From a virus (taxonomy: Duplodnaviria > Caudoviricetes), in the IMG/VR virus record IMGVR_UViG_3300013026_000023, positions 1 through 63,188 of that record: a stretch of 63,188 bases of DNA. One strand, given 5' to 3'. Shown piece by piece: positions 18,728-27,600 of the stretch. Within the stretch, counting starts at the first letter, position 1. Each line of letters begins with the position of its first letter. The notes below the pieces were generated by a model that did no database searches, was not told the DNA's origin, and was given only the letters and a program-made list of their open reading frames with translations. The translations under genes and the position numbers were made by a program.

Positions 18728-19915
18728 ATGTCGGTAAGGTTTGACAGAGGTATTATCCGCAAGGCAGAAAGGACGCCAGAGGGCTTCCTCATTTGTGATG
18801 CCACGATTGCCAGGACGGGTATCCAGAAGTACCTCAATCAGGATGGCTCTGTTCACTACGAATACAGGCCAGAGGAGGAGGTCTCAGATCCTGACTCTCT
18901 AGCCTCGTTGGGGCTGAAGCCTGTCACCTACTCCCACCCCCCTGAGATGGTGACAGCTAACAATGCCAAGTCTTACATGGTGGGCATGAGTGGCAATGAG
19001 ATTGTCTACGACAAGGGGTTTGTGAGGGCGGTACTGACAATCACCGACAAAGAAACAATTGACGCAATAGAGCGTAAAGAGGCGACCGAGGTAAGTGTTG
19101 GTTACACAACTGAGCTGGATCGGACTCCAGGTGAGTACAAGGGGCAAAAGTTCCATGCCATCCAGCGCAAGATTCGGGGCAATCATCATGCAGTGGTAAG
19201 AAAGGCACGAGCAGGGCCAGAGGCGAGGCTTCATTTAGATGGTATAGAGGATAGTGAGATAGGTTGGGCAGATACACAGGTTAGAGAGGATAAGCAAATA
19301 ACAATGGCAAAGATAAGAATCCACGATGCGGAGTATGAGGTCAGTGAGGCTGTGGCCGCCGCCTATACTGCTCAACGCCGCGAAGACATGAAACATACAG
19401 CTATGCTTGAGGCCAAGCTCAAGGAGCTTGAAGTAGGCTCCGAGGAGTACGAAAAGCTCAAGGCTGAGATTGAGGCCCTCAAGGCCAAGAAGGACGCCGC
19501 TGAAGGGCGTGCTGATCAACTAGAGGAGGAGGTCAAACAACTCAAGACTAGCCGCACTGATACCAGTGACGAGGCGATCGCCAAGCGGGTTAGGGAACGC
19601 CTTGACCTCTACAGGAAGGCCTCTCCTCTGCTCAAGGATGAGCAAAGGGAGAAGCTGGACAGCCTGTCTGATCTAGAGATTATGAAGGCTGTGATCAGGT
19701 CTAAGAGCGAGAAGATCAACCTTGACGACAAGAGTAGCGACTATATTGCCGCCCGCTTTGACGCCATTGTTGAGACCTTCGACTCCTCTAAGGGCCTGCA
19801 ACAAGCGGCTGACACCGTCCGAGTTAACCCCCTAGTGGACAAGAAGCTGGATGAGATTGAGGCCAAGTTTATCAACGACTACGAGAGTGCCTGGAAGCAC
19901 GGGAGTAACAACTAA
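18728..19915 (+). CDS. DUF2213 prohead protease/scaffold protein
   Basis: RTPEGFL..ATIARTG.Q.Y, EYRPEEEV, PVT..HP, EVSVGY, NHHAVV..ARAG; coiled-coil C-terminus. Confidence 0.88.
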   Translation: MSVRFDRGIIRKAERTPEGFLICDATIARTGIQKYLNQDGSVHYEYRPEEEVSDPDSLASLGLKPVTYSHPPEMVTANNAKSYMVGMSGNEIVYDKGFVRAVLTITDKETIDAIERKEATEVSVGYTTELDRTPGEYKGQKFHAIQRKIRGNHHAVVRKARAGPEARLHLDGIEDSEIGWADTQVREDKQITMAKIRIHDAEYEVSEAVAAAYTAQRREDMKHTAMLEAKLKELEVGSEEYEKLKAEIEALKAKKDAAEGRADQLEEEVKQLKTSRTDTSDEAIAKRVRERLDLYRKASPLLKDEQREKLDSLSDLEIMKAVIRSKSEKINLDDKSSDYIAARFDAIVETFDSSKGLQQAADTVRVNPLVDKKLDEIEAKFINDYESAWKHGSNN

Positions 19916-20427
19916 TGCCTATTACCGACTACAAGCGCCGACTACCCCCAGGGTACGAGGGGCAAATCGCCACTACCGAAGACCACGTGATTCGGTCGGC
20001 TGTTAACACCTCTGGTGATACCCTGCCTTTTGGGCGGGTACTCATTAGAGCCGCCGACACTGGCACTGGGTTGTACAATGACCTACCCCCTGCTGTGCTA
20101 CCTAGCGCTACTGGGCAAAAGGTCCTGGGTGTCCACATCAAAACCGATATCTACGAGAAGGAGATCACGGATACCGAATTTGCTGGTATCAAAGACGAGC
20201 GTCCCGTGGCCTACATGGTACGCGGTACTTTCTACGGCTGGGCTGAGGAAGCTGTAGCCGCTGGAGATACGGTCTACTTCCGCCATACAGCTAGCGGAGC
20301 CAACACCGAGCTGGGTCGCTTTCGCAATGATGCTGACACTGCTACCTGCGATGAACTCACTGGAGCCATCTTTGAGAGCTCTACGTCTGGCGCAGGGCTT
20401 GTTCTAATCGCCTTGAATCGAGTCTAA
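19915..20427 (+). CDS. Capsid decoration/cement protein
   Basis: position between protease and MCP; PFGRV...V..M.RG.......V.AGD.VYFR...G.FRNDAD. Confidence 0.75.
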   Translation: MPITDYKRRLPPGYEGQIATTEDHVIRSAVNTSGDTLPFGRVLIRAADTGTGLYNDLPPAVLPSATGQKVLGVHIKTDIYEKEITDTEFAGIKDERPVAYMVRGTFYGWAEEAVAAGDTVYFRHTASGANTELGRFRNDADTATCDELTGAIFESSTSGAGLVLIALNRV

Positions 20428-20438
20428 GGAGTCTCATA

Positions 20439-21383
20439 ATGGTATTTACCACTGACAGTCAATTAAAAGCGGGGAGCTTTCTTTCCCGTGACTTGGAGCA
20501 GAGACTCCCTAGAGTCTTAGAAAAGCGTTATCCAAGTCTTGTATTTGAAAACGGTACTCTAATCCCCACCAAGGTTGACCTTCAACCTGGTGCTCAGGAG
20601 TTGGTGCAGGACATCATCGAGCTGGTTGGTCGAGCTGAAATCAATGCTGACGAGGCATTTGATATCCCCATGGCTGACGCGGCTGTTGATGAGGAAAAGT
20701 TCCCGATTGTGATGGTCTTTTCCGCCTTCCACTACACCTGGAGGCAGGTAGAAGCAGCTCAATACGCCAATGTACCCCTGCGCGATAGGAAGATGATGGC
20801 AGCCCGCCGAGCCATTGCTGAGCGGATGGACGAGATTGCATGCTTTGGTGCTGCCAAGCATGGCTTCTCAGGCTTCCTGAACAATGCCAATGTGACGGTC
20901 TCCTCTCCGACCACCAACCCCCATGCAACCACTACCACCACAGACCAGCTCATTGCCTTCTTTGTGGATGAGGTGACTCGGATTGTTTCTGACACCGAGC
21001 TAACCGAGGAGCCCAATGTGGCGCTTGTGACACCCTACCTCCATGAGGAATTGGTCAAGCGGACCATCTCTGGTACAGACAGCACGATTAAGCGGTTCAT
21101 CCTGGAAAACAATATCTACCTGAAAGATATTCGCCCAGTAACCAACCTCAAGAGTGCTTTACTGGAAGAGAAGGGAGTCCATACCGCTGGCACCAACAAA
21201 GACCGCATGGTCATCTACCCCCTCAGCGATGAGATCCTGGAGCGCCATATCAGCAGCTTGCGGGCTCTACCGACTGAGTACAAGGATGCTAAGTGGAAGA
21301 CCCCAATGTGCCAAGCAACCTCCCCGACTATTGTCAACTTCCCCAAGTCGATGGTTTACGTTGATTACGCTAAGAAAGTCTAG
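20439..21383 (+). CDS. Major capsid protein (DUF2184/linocin-M18-like HK97 fold)
   Basis: FL.R.LE....V.EK.YP; G.A.I...A.DIP.AD; K..AARRA; FG...G..GFLN. Confidence 0.88.
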   Translation: MVFTTDSQLKAGSFLSRDLEQRLPRVLEKRYPSLVFENGTLIPTKVDLQPGAQELVQDIIELVGRAEINADEAFDIPMADAAVDEEKFPIVMVFSAFHYTWRQVEAAQYANVPLRDRKMMAARRAIAERMDEIACFGAAKHGFSGFLNNANVTVSSPTTNPHATTTTTDQLIAFFVDEVTRIVSDTELTEEPNVALVTPYLHEELVKRTISGTDSTIKRFILENNIYLKDIRPVTNLKSALLEEKGVHTAGTNKDRMVIYPLSDEILERHISSLRALPTEYKDAKWKTPMCQATSPTIVNFPKSMVYVDYAKKV

Positions 21384-21393
21384 GTGAGTAACC

Positions 21394-21762
21394 ATGCTGA
21401 TTATCTATAGACCAGAGCGAGAGAATCCTGAGCGCAGGGGCAGCCGCGTCATTGATGGGCTGACGCTAGATCCAGGTACCAATACCGTTGATGATGACCT
21501 GGTTAAAGCCGTGGCTGATACCAATACCTACAAGCAATTGCTGGAGTGGGGAGCCGTATCTGTCCATCAGCCTACCGAAACCGTTGCCCCTGTAAGCTCT
21601 ACCGCCGAGCTGGGTGGCCTCAATATTGAGAGTGCCCAGGAAGTGATTGAAGCGACCAATGATGTGCCTACCCTTGAAGGCTGGTTAAAGGTTGAAACCC
21701 GCAAGACAGTGATCAATGCGATCAATCGCCGGATCACTGAGATCAAGGAGGGGAGGATCTAA
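21394..21762 (+). CDS. hypothetical head-associated protein
   Basis: post-MCP position; L.PG.N and C-terminal L..WL..E.RKTV..AI..R motif. Confidence 0.6.
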   Translation: MLIIYRPERENPERRGSRVIDGLTLDPGTNTVDDDLVKAVADTNTYKQLLEWGAVSVHQPTETVAPVSSTAELGGLNIESAQEVIEATNDVPTLEGWLKVETRKTVINAINRRITEIKEGRI

Positions 21763-22397
21763 TGTCCTTCCCTAAGTTGGAGAGGCTGTGTGAGTACTAT
21801 CGCAAGTACGAGCACCAAAAGAAAGCCCTCGACCAACTGGATGGACTAATCAAGCGGTTTGTCCCCGAAGACGATCTAGAGCGGGTGCTGAAGCTATGGC
21901 GAGGTAGCACCCCTGCGGTTGTCCATCCGCTGCAAAAGGGCATTGACCTGATTAAGGAGTTTGAGGGCTGTCACTTGGTTGCCTACCCAGACCCCCTATC
22001 CGGCAATCTGCCTATCACAATCGGGTGGGGCAGCACAAAGAACTTCAACGGCAAACCCTTTAAATTGGGCGATCGCATTACCCAGCAGGTAGCCGATGAC
22101 TTACTGAAGCACCAGGTTGAGTATGAGTTCTTGCCCACCCTAGCTAAGACAGTCCCTCACTGGGATGGCCTGAACAACAATCAAAAGAGCGCCCTATTGA
22201 GCTTCGCCTGGAACCTGGGAAAGCACTTCGCTACGGCGCTTTCGGGTTTCGAGAGCATGCAGCGAATGCTGCGAAACAAGGAGTATAAAGAAGCTAGGGA
22301 GGTATTTGTGAAATACCGCAATCCCGGTACCAAGGTAGAAGCTGGGCTGAAGCGTAGAAGGCTAGCAGAGGCGGAGTTATTTGGCACTCACGATTGA
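21762..22397 (+). CDS. GH24 lysozyme (endolysin)
   Basis: IKEFEGC.L.AYPDP...TIGWGST, ALLSFAWNLG, GLKRRRLAEAELF. Confidence 0.92.
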   Translation: MSFPKLERLCEYYRKYEHQKKALDQLDGLIKRFVPEDDLERVLKLWRGSTPAVVHPLQKGIDLIKEFEGCHLVAYPDPLSGNLPITIGWGSTKNFNGKPFKLGDRITQQVADDLLKHQVEYEFLPTLAKTVPHWDGLNNNQKSALLSFAWNLGKHFATALSGFESMQRMLRNKEYKEAREVFVKYRNPGTKVEAGLKRRRLAEAELFGTHD

Positions 22398-22731
22398 GCA
22401 ATTCCAATCTGAATACCCTGAGTTTGCCTCACTGACGCCGTCGAACATTCAGGGAAACCTTGCCTACGCTCATCGCCGCATCGACCCAGGTCATTACGGT
22501 GAGGAAACAGATCGAGCGATAGGGCTACTAACCGCTCACCTCATCCAGATAGGACAGCAAGGTGCCCTAATTATGGCTGGCGCCCTAGGAGAGGTAGGAG
22601 AGGGTAAGATGCCAGCCTTCCACAGGCAGGTGGACAATAGCTATACGTCCACAGGGTATGGGTTGTTGCTACTGGATCTACAAGAGAACCTGGGCGATAT
22701 CACAAGCCAAATTACATTCAGGGTATTTTGA
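22381..22731 (+). CDS. Head-tail adaptor (DUF4054-like)
   Basis: F...YPEFA...A..LLTAHL...STGYG motif. Confidence 0.75.
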   Translation: MALTIEQFQSEYPEFASLTPSNIQGNLAYAHRRIDPGHYGEETDRAIGLLTAHLIQIGQQGALIMAGALGEVGEGKMPAFHRQVDNSYTSTGYGLLLLDLQENLGDITSQITFRVF

Positions 22732-22822
22732 TGAGAGACCTCGATACGCTAGACCTGTTTCTGCTTGCCTGGGTGGCCATCATCTTTTTTGCCTTTGGGC
22801 TGTTCCTGCTACCCCTGGTGCT

Positions 22823-23116
22823 CTAGTCCGGGACGAATACAATCTCGTCTCCACCGTCGCTGTTACCACCAGTACGAGATTCGCTCACCACGTCAATGCC
22901 CAGTACTGCATCAATACGCCAGAAGGACTGCAGCATCTTGTGGGTAGTCTTGCCATCGTCCCCGTCTTCACTCTCCAGATAGGTGAAAAGCACCATCCCG
23001 TTCTCGACGCACCTGATGTGGACGTCATAATACCACTGATCCGCAAGCCGCAGGTCAATCTCAGCTTCAGAATCAACCAGGCTGCTTAGGTATTGTTCGA
23101 TACTAGGATTAGCCAT
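22823..23116 (-). CDS. hypothetical acidic small beta protein
   Basis: ATG 23116 overlaps the end of the upstream gene; 97 aa. Confidence 0.55.
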   Translation of the reverse strand: MANPSIEQYLSSLVDSEAEIDLRLADQWYYDVHIRCVENGMVLFTYLESEDGDDGKTTHKMLQSFWRIDAVLGIDVVSESRTGGNSDGGDEIVFVPD

Positions 23117-23573
23117 GAATGTCTCTCTCCTCTTCATCAAGAATGCGGTCTGTTCGTTCGCGATCGATGGCATTAAGAATTCTGGTTGTCTGGTTCTGTA
23201 TGGCCCTCCTAAGCGTGACATTTTCCTTAAAGGCTGCAATAGCCGATCTGAGGTATGGCGCCAAACTGAAAGCCGTATAGAGGCTAATCAGGGCACATGC
23301 GGCATCGATAGCACCCGCGAACCAGTACCAGGGATAGTAGAGTGTCAAGATATCGGCCAGGTGAGTCAAGCTGCAGGCGAAGACAAACGCGGCCGAAGAC
23401 ACGACAATCGATCTATGCTGCTTGGAATATAGCTGTAGGTCCGAGGCGAAGTTGAATAGCCCGAAGGGAATCCAGATATAGCTTGCGGCGATAACTAGGT
23501 TGGAGATTACCAGAAACCAGATGATGGCTGGATCATCTCTGAGACATACGTGACCGTGGGGGAGAAATTCCAA
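23109..23573 (-). CDS. Stand-alone ethylene-receptor-like (ETR1/Slr1212-type) 3-TM ligand-binding domain
   Basis: FLPHG; ISNLVIAASYIWIP (cf. ETR1 ISDFFIAIAYFSIP); AFVFACSLTHL (cf. AFIVLCGATHL, Cys65/His69); third TM ALISLYTA; TTG start with AGGAGG. Confidence 0.8.
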   Translation of the reverse strand: MEFLPHGHVCLRDDPAIIWFLVISNLVIAASYIWIPFGLFNFASDLQLYSKQHRSIVVSSAAFVFACSLTHLADILTLYYPWYWFAGAIDAACALISLYTAFSLAPYLRSAIAAFKENVTLRRAIQNQTTRILNAIDRERTDRILDEEERDIHG

Positions 23574-23583
23574 GTCCAGCCTC

Positions 23584-24120
23584 CTAGCGTTGCATGTCTC
23601 TCAGCTTCTGTAGCTCTCGTAGAACTCGCTCGTGTCCCCTGCGGCACTCTTCCAGCTCCTTCTCCACTATACTCAACCTCTTGGCCTGCCCCTCTAGTTC
23701 GCTGATGCGAAGTTGGAATCTGAAATTCTCCGATTGCAGAGCATCGACCTTGGACTCCAGACTCTGCTTCTCTTTTTCCTGGGCGTCGTAGCGCAGTGTT
23801 AGCCTATCTAGCTGCTGCTGGAGAAAATCGGCTTGTGATTTTACCCCCAATAGAATGCTAGCCTGCTGTTGCTCCAGGTATTGCCACTGCCCCTTTTGTC
23901 TGTCAGTGTCATCCTTGCGCCTACCTAGGAAGTAAGTGGCTATAGCTCCGACTGTTCCAGCTCCCCCGAGGGCAGGCAGCAGATCAACCCATCTATTGGA
24001 TGGCGCTTCATTTTGACTTTGATCTTGAGTGAGCGATGGCGCGGTAGGCCACACTAGGAGGAGGCAGAGGCAGGTAGAAGCCAGCCCTAAAGCTATGAAA
24101 CGCGAGGAAGGCATAGACAA
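23584..24120 (-). CDS. Membrane-anchored coiled-coil protein (holin/spanin-like)
   Basis: N-terminal hydrophobic segment, TM LLPALGGAGTVGAIATYFL, ~100-aa coiled coil. Confidence 0.55.
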   Translation of the reverse strand: MSMPSSRFIALGLASTCLCLLLVWPTAPSLTQDQSQNEAPSNRWVDLLPALGGAGTVGAIATYFLGRRKDDTDRQKGQWQYLEQQQASILLGVKSQADFLQQQLDRLTLRYDAQEKEKQSLESKVDALQSENFRFQLRISELEGQAKRLSIVEKELEECRRGHERVLRELQKLRDMQR

Positions 24121-24412
24121 AAATTCCGGTATAGGTGCGCTTCTCTAGCAGGGATAGAGCAACCAGTGAGAAGAGGGTCGCAGCTAGGATGCAGTGGGTC
24201 TTCCAGATGCGGTAATCAGCCTTGGCGAGCCCAAAGAAGCCAAGCAGCGACACAAGAATAAATAGGAATGCCCAATGTTCTATCCCTACCCTGAAGAATT
24301 GATAGATTGCACTGGTCACTCTTCCGTCTTTTGGTACTAGGAGTAGTCCGGCTCCAAAACAGGCGAGGAGGGACGGAATCTCGTGGATATAAGGTACTTT
24401 TAGCTTGGACAT
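24008..24412 (-). CDS. 4-TM membrane protein (holin-like)
   Basis: four hydrophobic stretches, basic C-terminus. Confidence 0.55.
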   Translation of the reverse strand: MSKLKVPYIHEIPSLLACFGAGLLLVPKDGRVTSAIYQFFRVGIEHWAFLFILVSLLGFFGLAKADYRIWKTHCILAATLFSLVALSLLEKRTYTGIFVYAFLAFHSFRAGFYLPLPPPSVAYRAIAHSRSKSK

Positions 24413-24467
24413 TGTATACTGAGCCTATTGGTATATTGTATCATTTTGTTATGGGTTGACAAAAGCA

Positions 24468-24496
24468 TTGACATTGCCAATGCGCGGTGCTATTGT
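24468..24496 (+). promoter_or_regulatory. sigma70-type promoter TTGACA-17-TATTGT with a second TTGACA just upstream
   Basis: ttgacaaaagcaTTGACAttgccaatgcgcggtgcTATTGT upstream of the small ORF at 24525. Confidence 0.6.
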
Positions 24497-24524
24497 TGGT
24501 TTACAGCAACGGGAGACAAGACCC

Positions 24525-24665
24525 ATGAAAAAGAGCGAACGACTGCAACAGCTTCTGAATCAACTCAAGGAAAACCAACAACGAGACTTGGAAAATACCG
24601 CCGCAATTTTTACGGTAGCGCAGGTTACCCTCAACGAGATCAACAAGCGCCTAGAGGCCTACTGA
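24525..24665 (+). CDS. 46-aa small protein
   Basis: own promoter and GGGAG RBS; MKKSERLQQLLNQLKENQQRDLENTAAIFTVAQV. Confidence 0.55.
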   Translation: MKKSERLQQLLNQLKENQQRDLENTAAIFTVAQVTLNEINKRLEAY

Positions 24666-27600
24666 CCTACGAGCCGAGGTAGAGTTCTGGAGCCTACCTA
24701 GGGCTCTATCGGCTCCTGCCTGCACCAATTGCGGTGCTAGCCTCTGGAATTGCTCCTCAGTGAGGTATCGTTGTCCAGCGATTTCAGTTGCCTTGTAGCT
24801 GACCTCTACCTTAGCTGGACCGTCGCTACGAGCTTGCGGCGCATTGGGCATCACTCTACTGGGTAAGGGGACAATATTGTTGCCTACCATGCCACCCTTG
24901 GCGTACTTAGGTAGGTTATTTAGCAAGCTGAGACCGCCTGTGCCAAGGTGCTTCATGGCGTTCTTGGTGAGGACCCCCTCTCCCGGCATGGCACGAATAA
25001 GTTCGCTGTCTCTGTTGCCTCTGCCAGGAATGACACCGCCCTTGGCGAAGCCCACCAGACCGAGTAGGGACTTACCGATATCCAGGAAGCCCCCTAGGCC
25101 TCCTCCTCCCCCGCCACTGGGATTCATTATGCCGCCAAATAGGTTCTCGAAGAGCAGGTTAACACCAAGATCAGCGATGCGAGTGAGCAGGTTATCAAAC
25201 AGATTGCCAAAGGCATCTCCAATACTCTCAGCGCCACTAATCACCGAGGAGAAGAAACCCTTCAGCTCCTCCCCTGCCATCTGGCGGATGTCCTTGCTGA
25301 CTCGCCGATTGACGTCCACCAGGTCCTGATACTGGGTATTCACTCCCTCCAGACTCACCTTGAGGCCATCCAAGTTAATGCGAGCCATCTCCTCTAGCAG
25401 CACCTTCTGATCCTTGAGGGTATTGTCAGTAGGGCTGTCGGCAATTCTAGAGTTGATGTCAGCAATCTGCTGCTTGATGTCCTGCTCCGCCCTAGCATAT
25501 TCAGCAAGGAAGTTGGTTGTCTGATCTGCTAGCCTGAGCAGTCCAGCCTGTTTGGCATCATTGGCGTTACCGGTGGCTTCCAGAGCCTCAATGCGCATCA
25601 AATTAACTGACTGGCGCTGCTGCAGGACTTGACCAGCCAAGTCCCTCAGCTCAGTCTGACGTGACCTAGCACGTTCCTCGTTGAGTAGCCTGACTGCGGC
25701 TGCCTCATCCTTGGTGGATTGAGTACGCCTCAACTGTAATTCCAGCATGCGCTGCTCGTTGTCCACGGTAGCCCCCTCAGCAGCCTGGAGGGCCTTCTCC
25801 CTCTCAATAAGCTGGTCAATTTCCTCTCGATAGCGAGAGTAGGATTCAGCGATCGCCCTGATTTCTTGCTGGTGTTGCTGTTCAGGTGTGTTGTTGCCAA
25901 ACTGTTCTTGCAGTCCTCTCAAGGCTTCGCTAGTCTCCTTGATTGATTCGGCTAGCTTAAAGTTCTCCTCAGCAAACACTCCTAACTCACGAGTGTTCAC
26001 AATAGAGGTCTTATCAGCAGCCTTCTTGGTCTCGGCCGCAATTTGGGCCTGAACTGCGTTAATCTCAGCGGTATAATCAACCCCACCAGTGATGCCGCTG
26101 GCAATCTTCTGGGTGCGTAACCTCACTAGGTCCTCAAGTGTATTCTTGAGCTCATCCATCTCCAGGGCACTTTCATGGGCGATTCGCTTGCGCTCTAGTT
26201 GAAGCTCAAGTGTCTCACGCCGCACATCCGAGACTCGAGTTGGATCCGCTTCTAGTTCGGCAATGGTCTTCTTAATTTGGTTCTCTTCCGCCTCAAAGGC
26301 CCTCTCCCTTTCCTTTACCCGCCTTTCCCTCGCTAGGGCTCTATTCTCCTCTGCATCCTCAGCAGCCTTGCCAGTGGCGATATTCTTGAGTTCCTGCTGC
26401 TCCAGGGCCCTGGATTCGGCAATAAGCTTCTGGGTAGCCTTAATGGCAGCGGCATAGTCTACTCCACCCTTCACCTTGTCCTGAATCTTACGACTCTGGG
26501 CTATCTGCAGGTCCTTGAGCTCCTGGTTGAGGTCTCGGCGCTCATTGATGCCAGAGAACTGCCTGGTTTTCTTCTCTAGATTGATCTGCCCTGAAGCCTT
26601 GAGGTTGGGGTCTGTAATGCTTGCGAGGTTACCCTTGAGTGTAGCCAAGTACTGCTTCTGGTCTGCCTCAATCTGAGCATCCTGATTCTTTCTGCTCTGG
26701 CGCAGAGCGGCATCATGTAGTCGTCTGGCCTCGTCAACTGCCCTCTGCCTCTCTCGCTCTGCTTTCTCCTTAGCAGCCTTGGCCGAGGCAGCACGCTGCT
26801 TAGCTAGCTTGGCACGCATTTGTGTATCTAGGGCTGAGTCCCCGCCTCCCCCAGCGGCTGCTCCTCCACCACCACCTATCTGACTCAGAATTGTGGACGC
26901 CTCATCCTCCCACTTGGCGTAAGCGTCAGGATAGGCGGAGCGCTGTACCTTCTGAGCCGCCTGAGCGACGCTGAGTGACCCACGATTTTTAACCTTGGCT
27001 AACTCCCTAAAGAAGCTTTCGGCGGCGGTCTTGGGGTCGGTGACGTTCTTCCAGCCCATGCTAGGACGCTGCTGGAATAAACCCTGGGAGTCCCTATCCC
27101 CATGGGCAAGGTTACGCAAGCCTGATTCCTGCAGGGCTGTAGCAAAAGCAATCTTGATATCGCGATCGCTCATACCCATACCACGCCCCACCTGGGCAAT
27201 GGTCTTGGCATGGCCCAATTGAGCGGCATTGAATCCGCCGCCTCCCCCTTTGGCGCCTCCAGGAAAGCGAGTAATCGTATAGGGGGATCCACCATCAGCG
27301 GCGGTAGCCCTAGGAGGGGCTCCACTCCCTCCCTTCATCCCCTGGGCTCCACCCATAATTGAGTGAAACTTGCGAGGATCCATCGACTTGCCGTTGATGT
27401 AAGTCTCATAGTGGAGGTGAGCGCCTGTACTACCCCAGCTACCCTTGCCTCCTCCAGGCATCCTATCGCCACCAACCGTGCCCACCCTTTGCCCTGTGAG
27501 GACCTGCTGGCCCTTGCCGACATTAATGGAATCCAGGTGCCCCAGGCGAATCTTTACCTTTTTGCCATCCACAACCCCTTCTATGCCAAGAAAGTACTCC

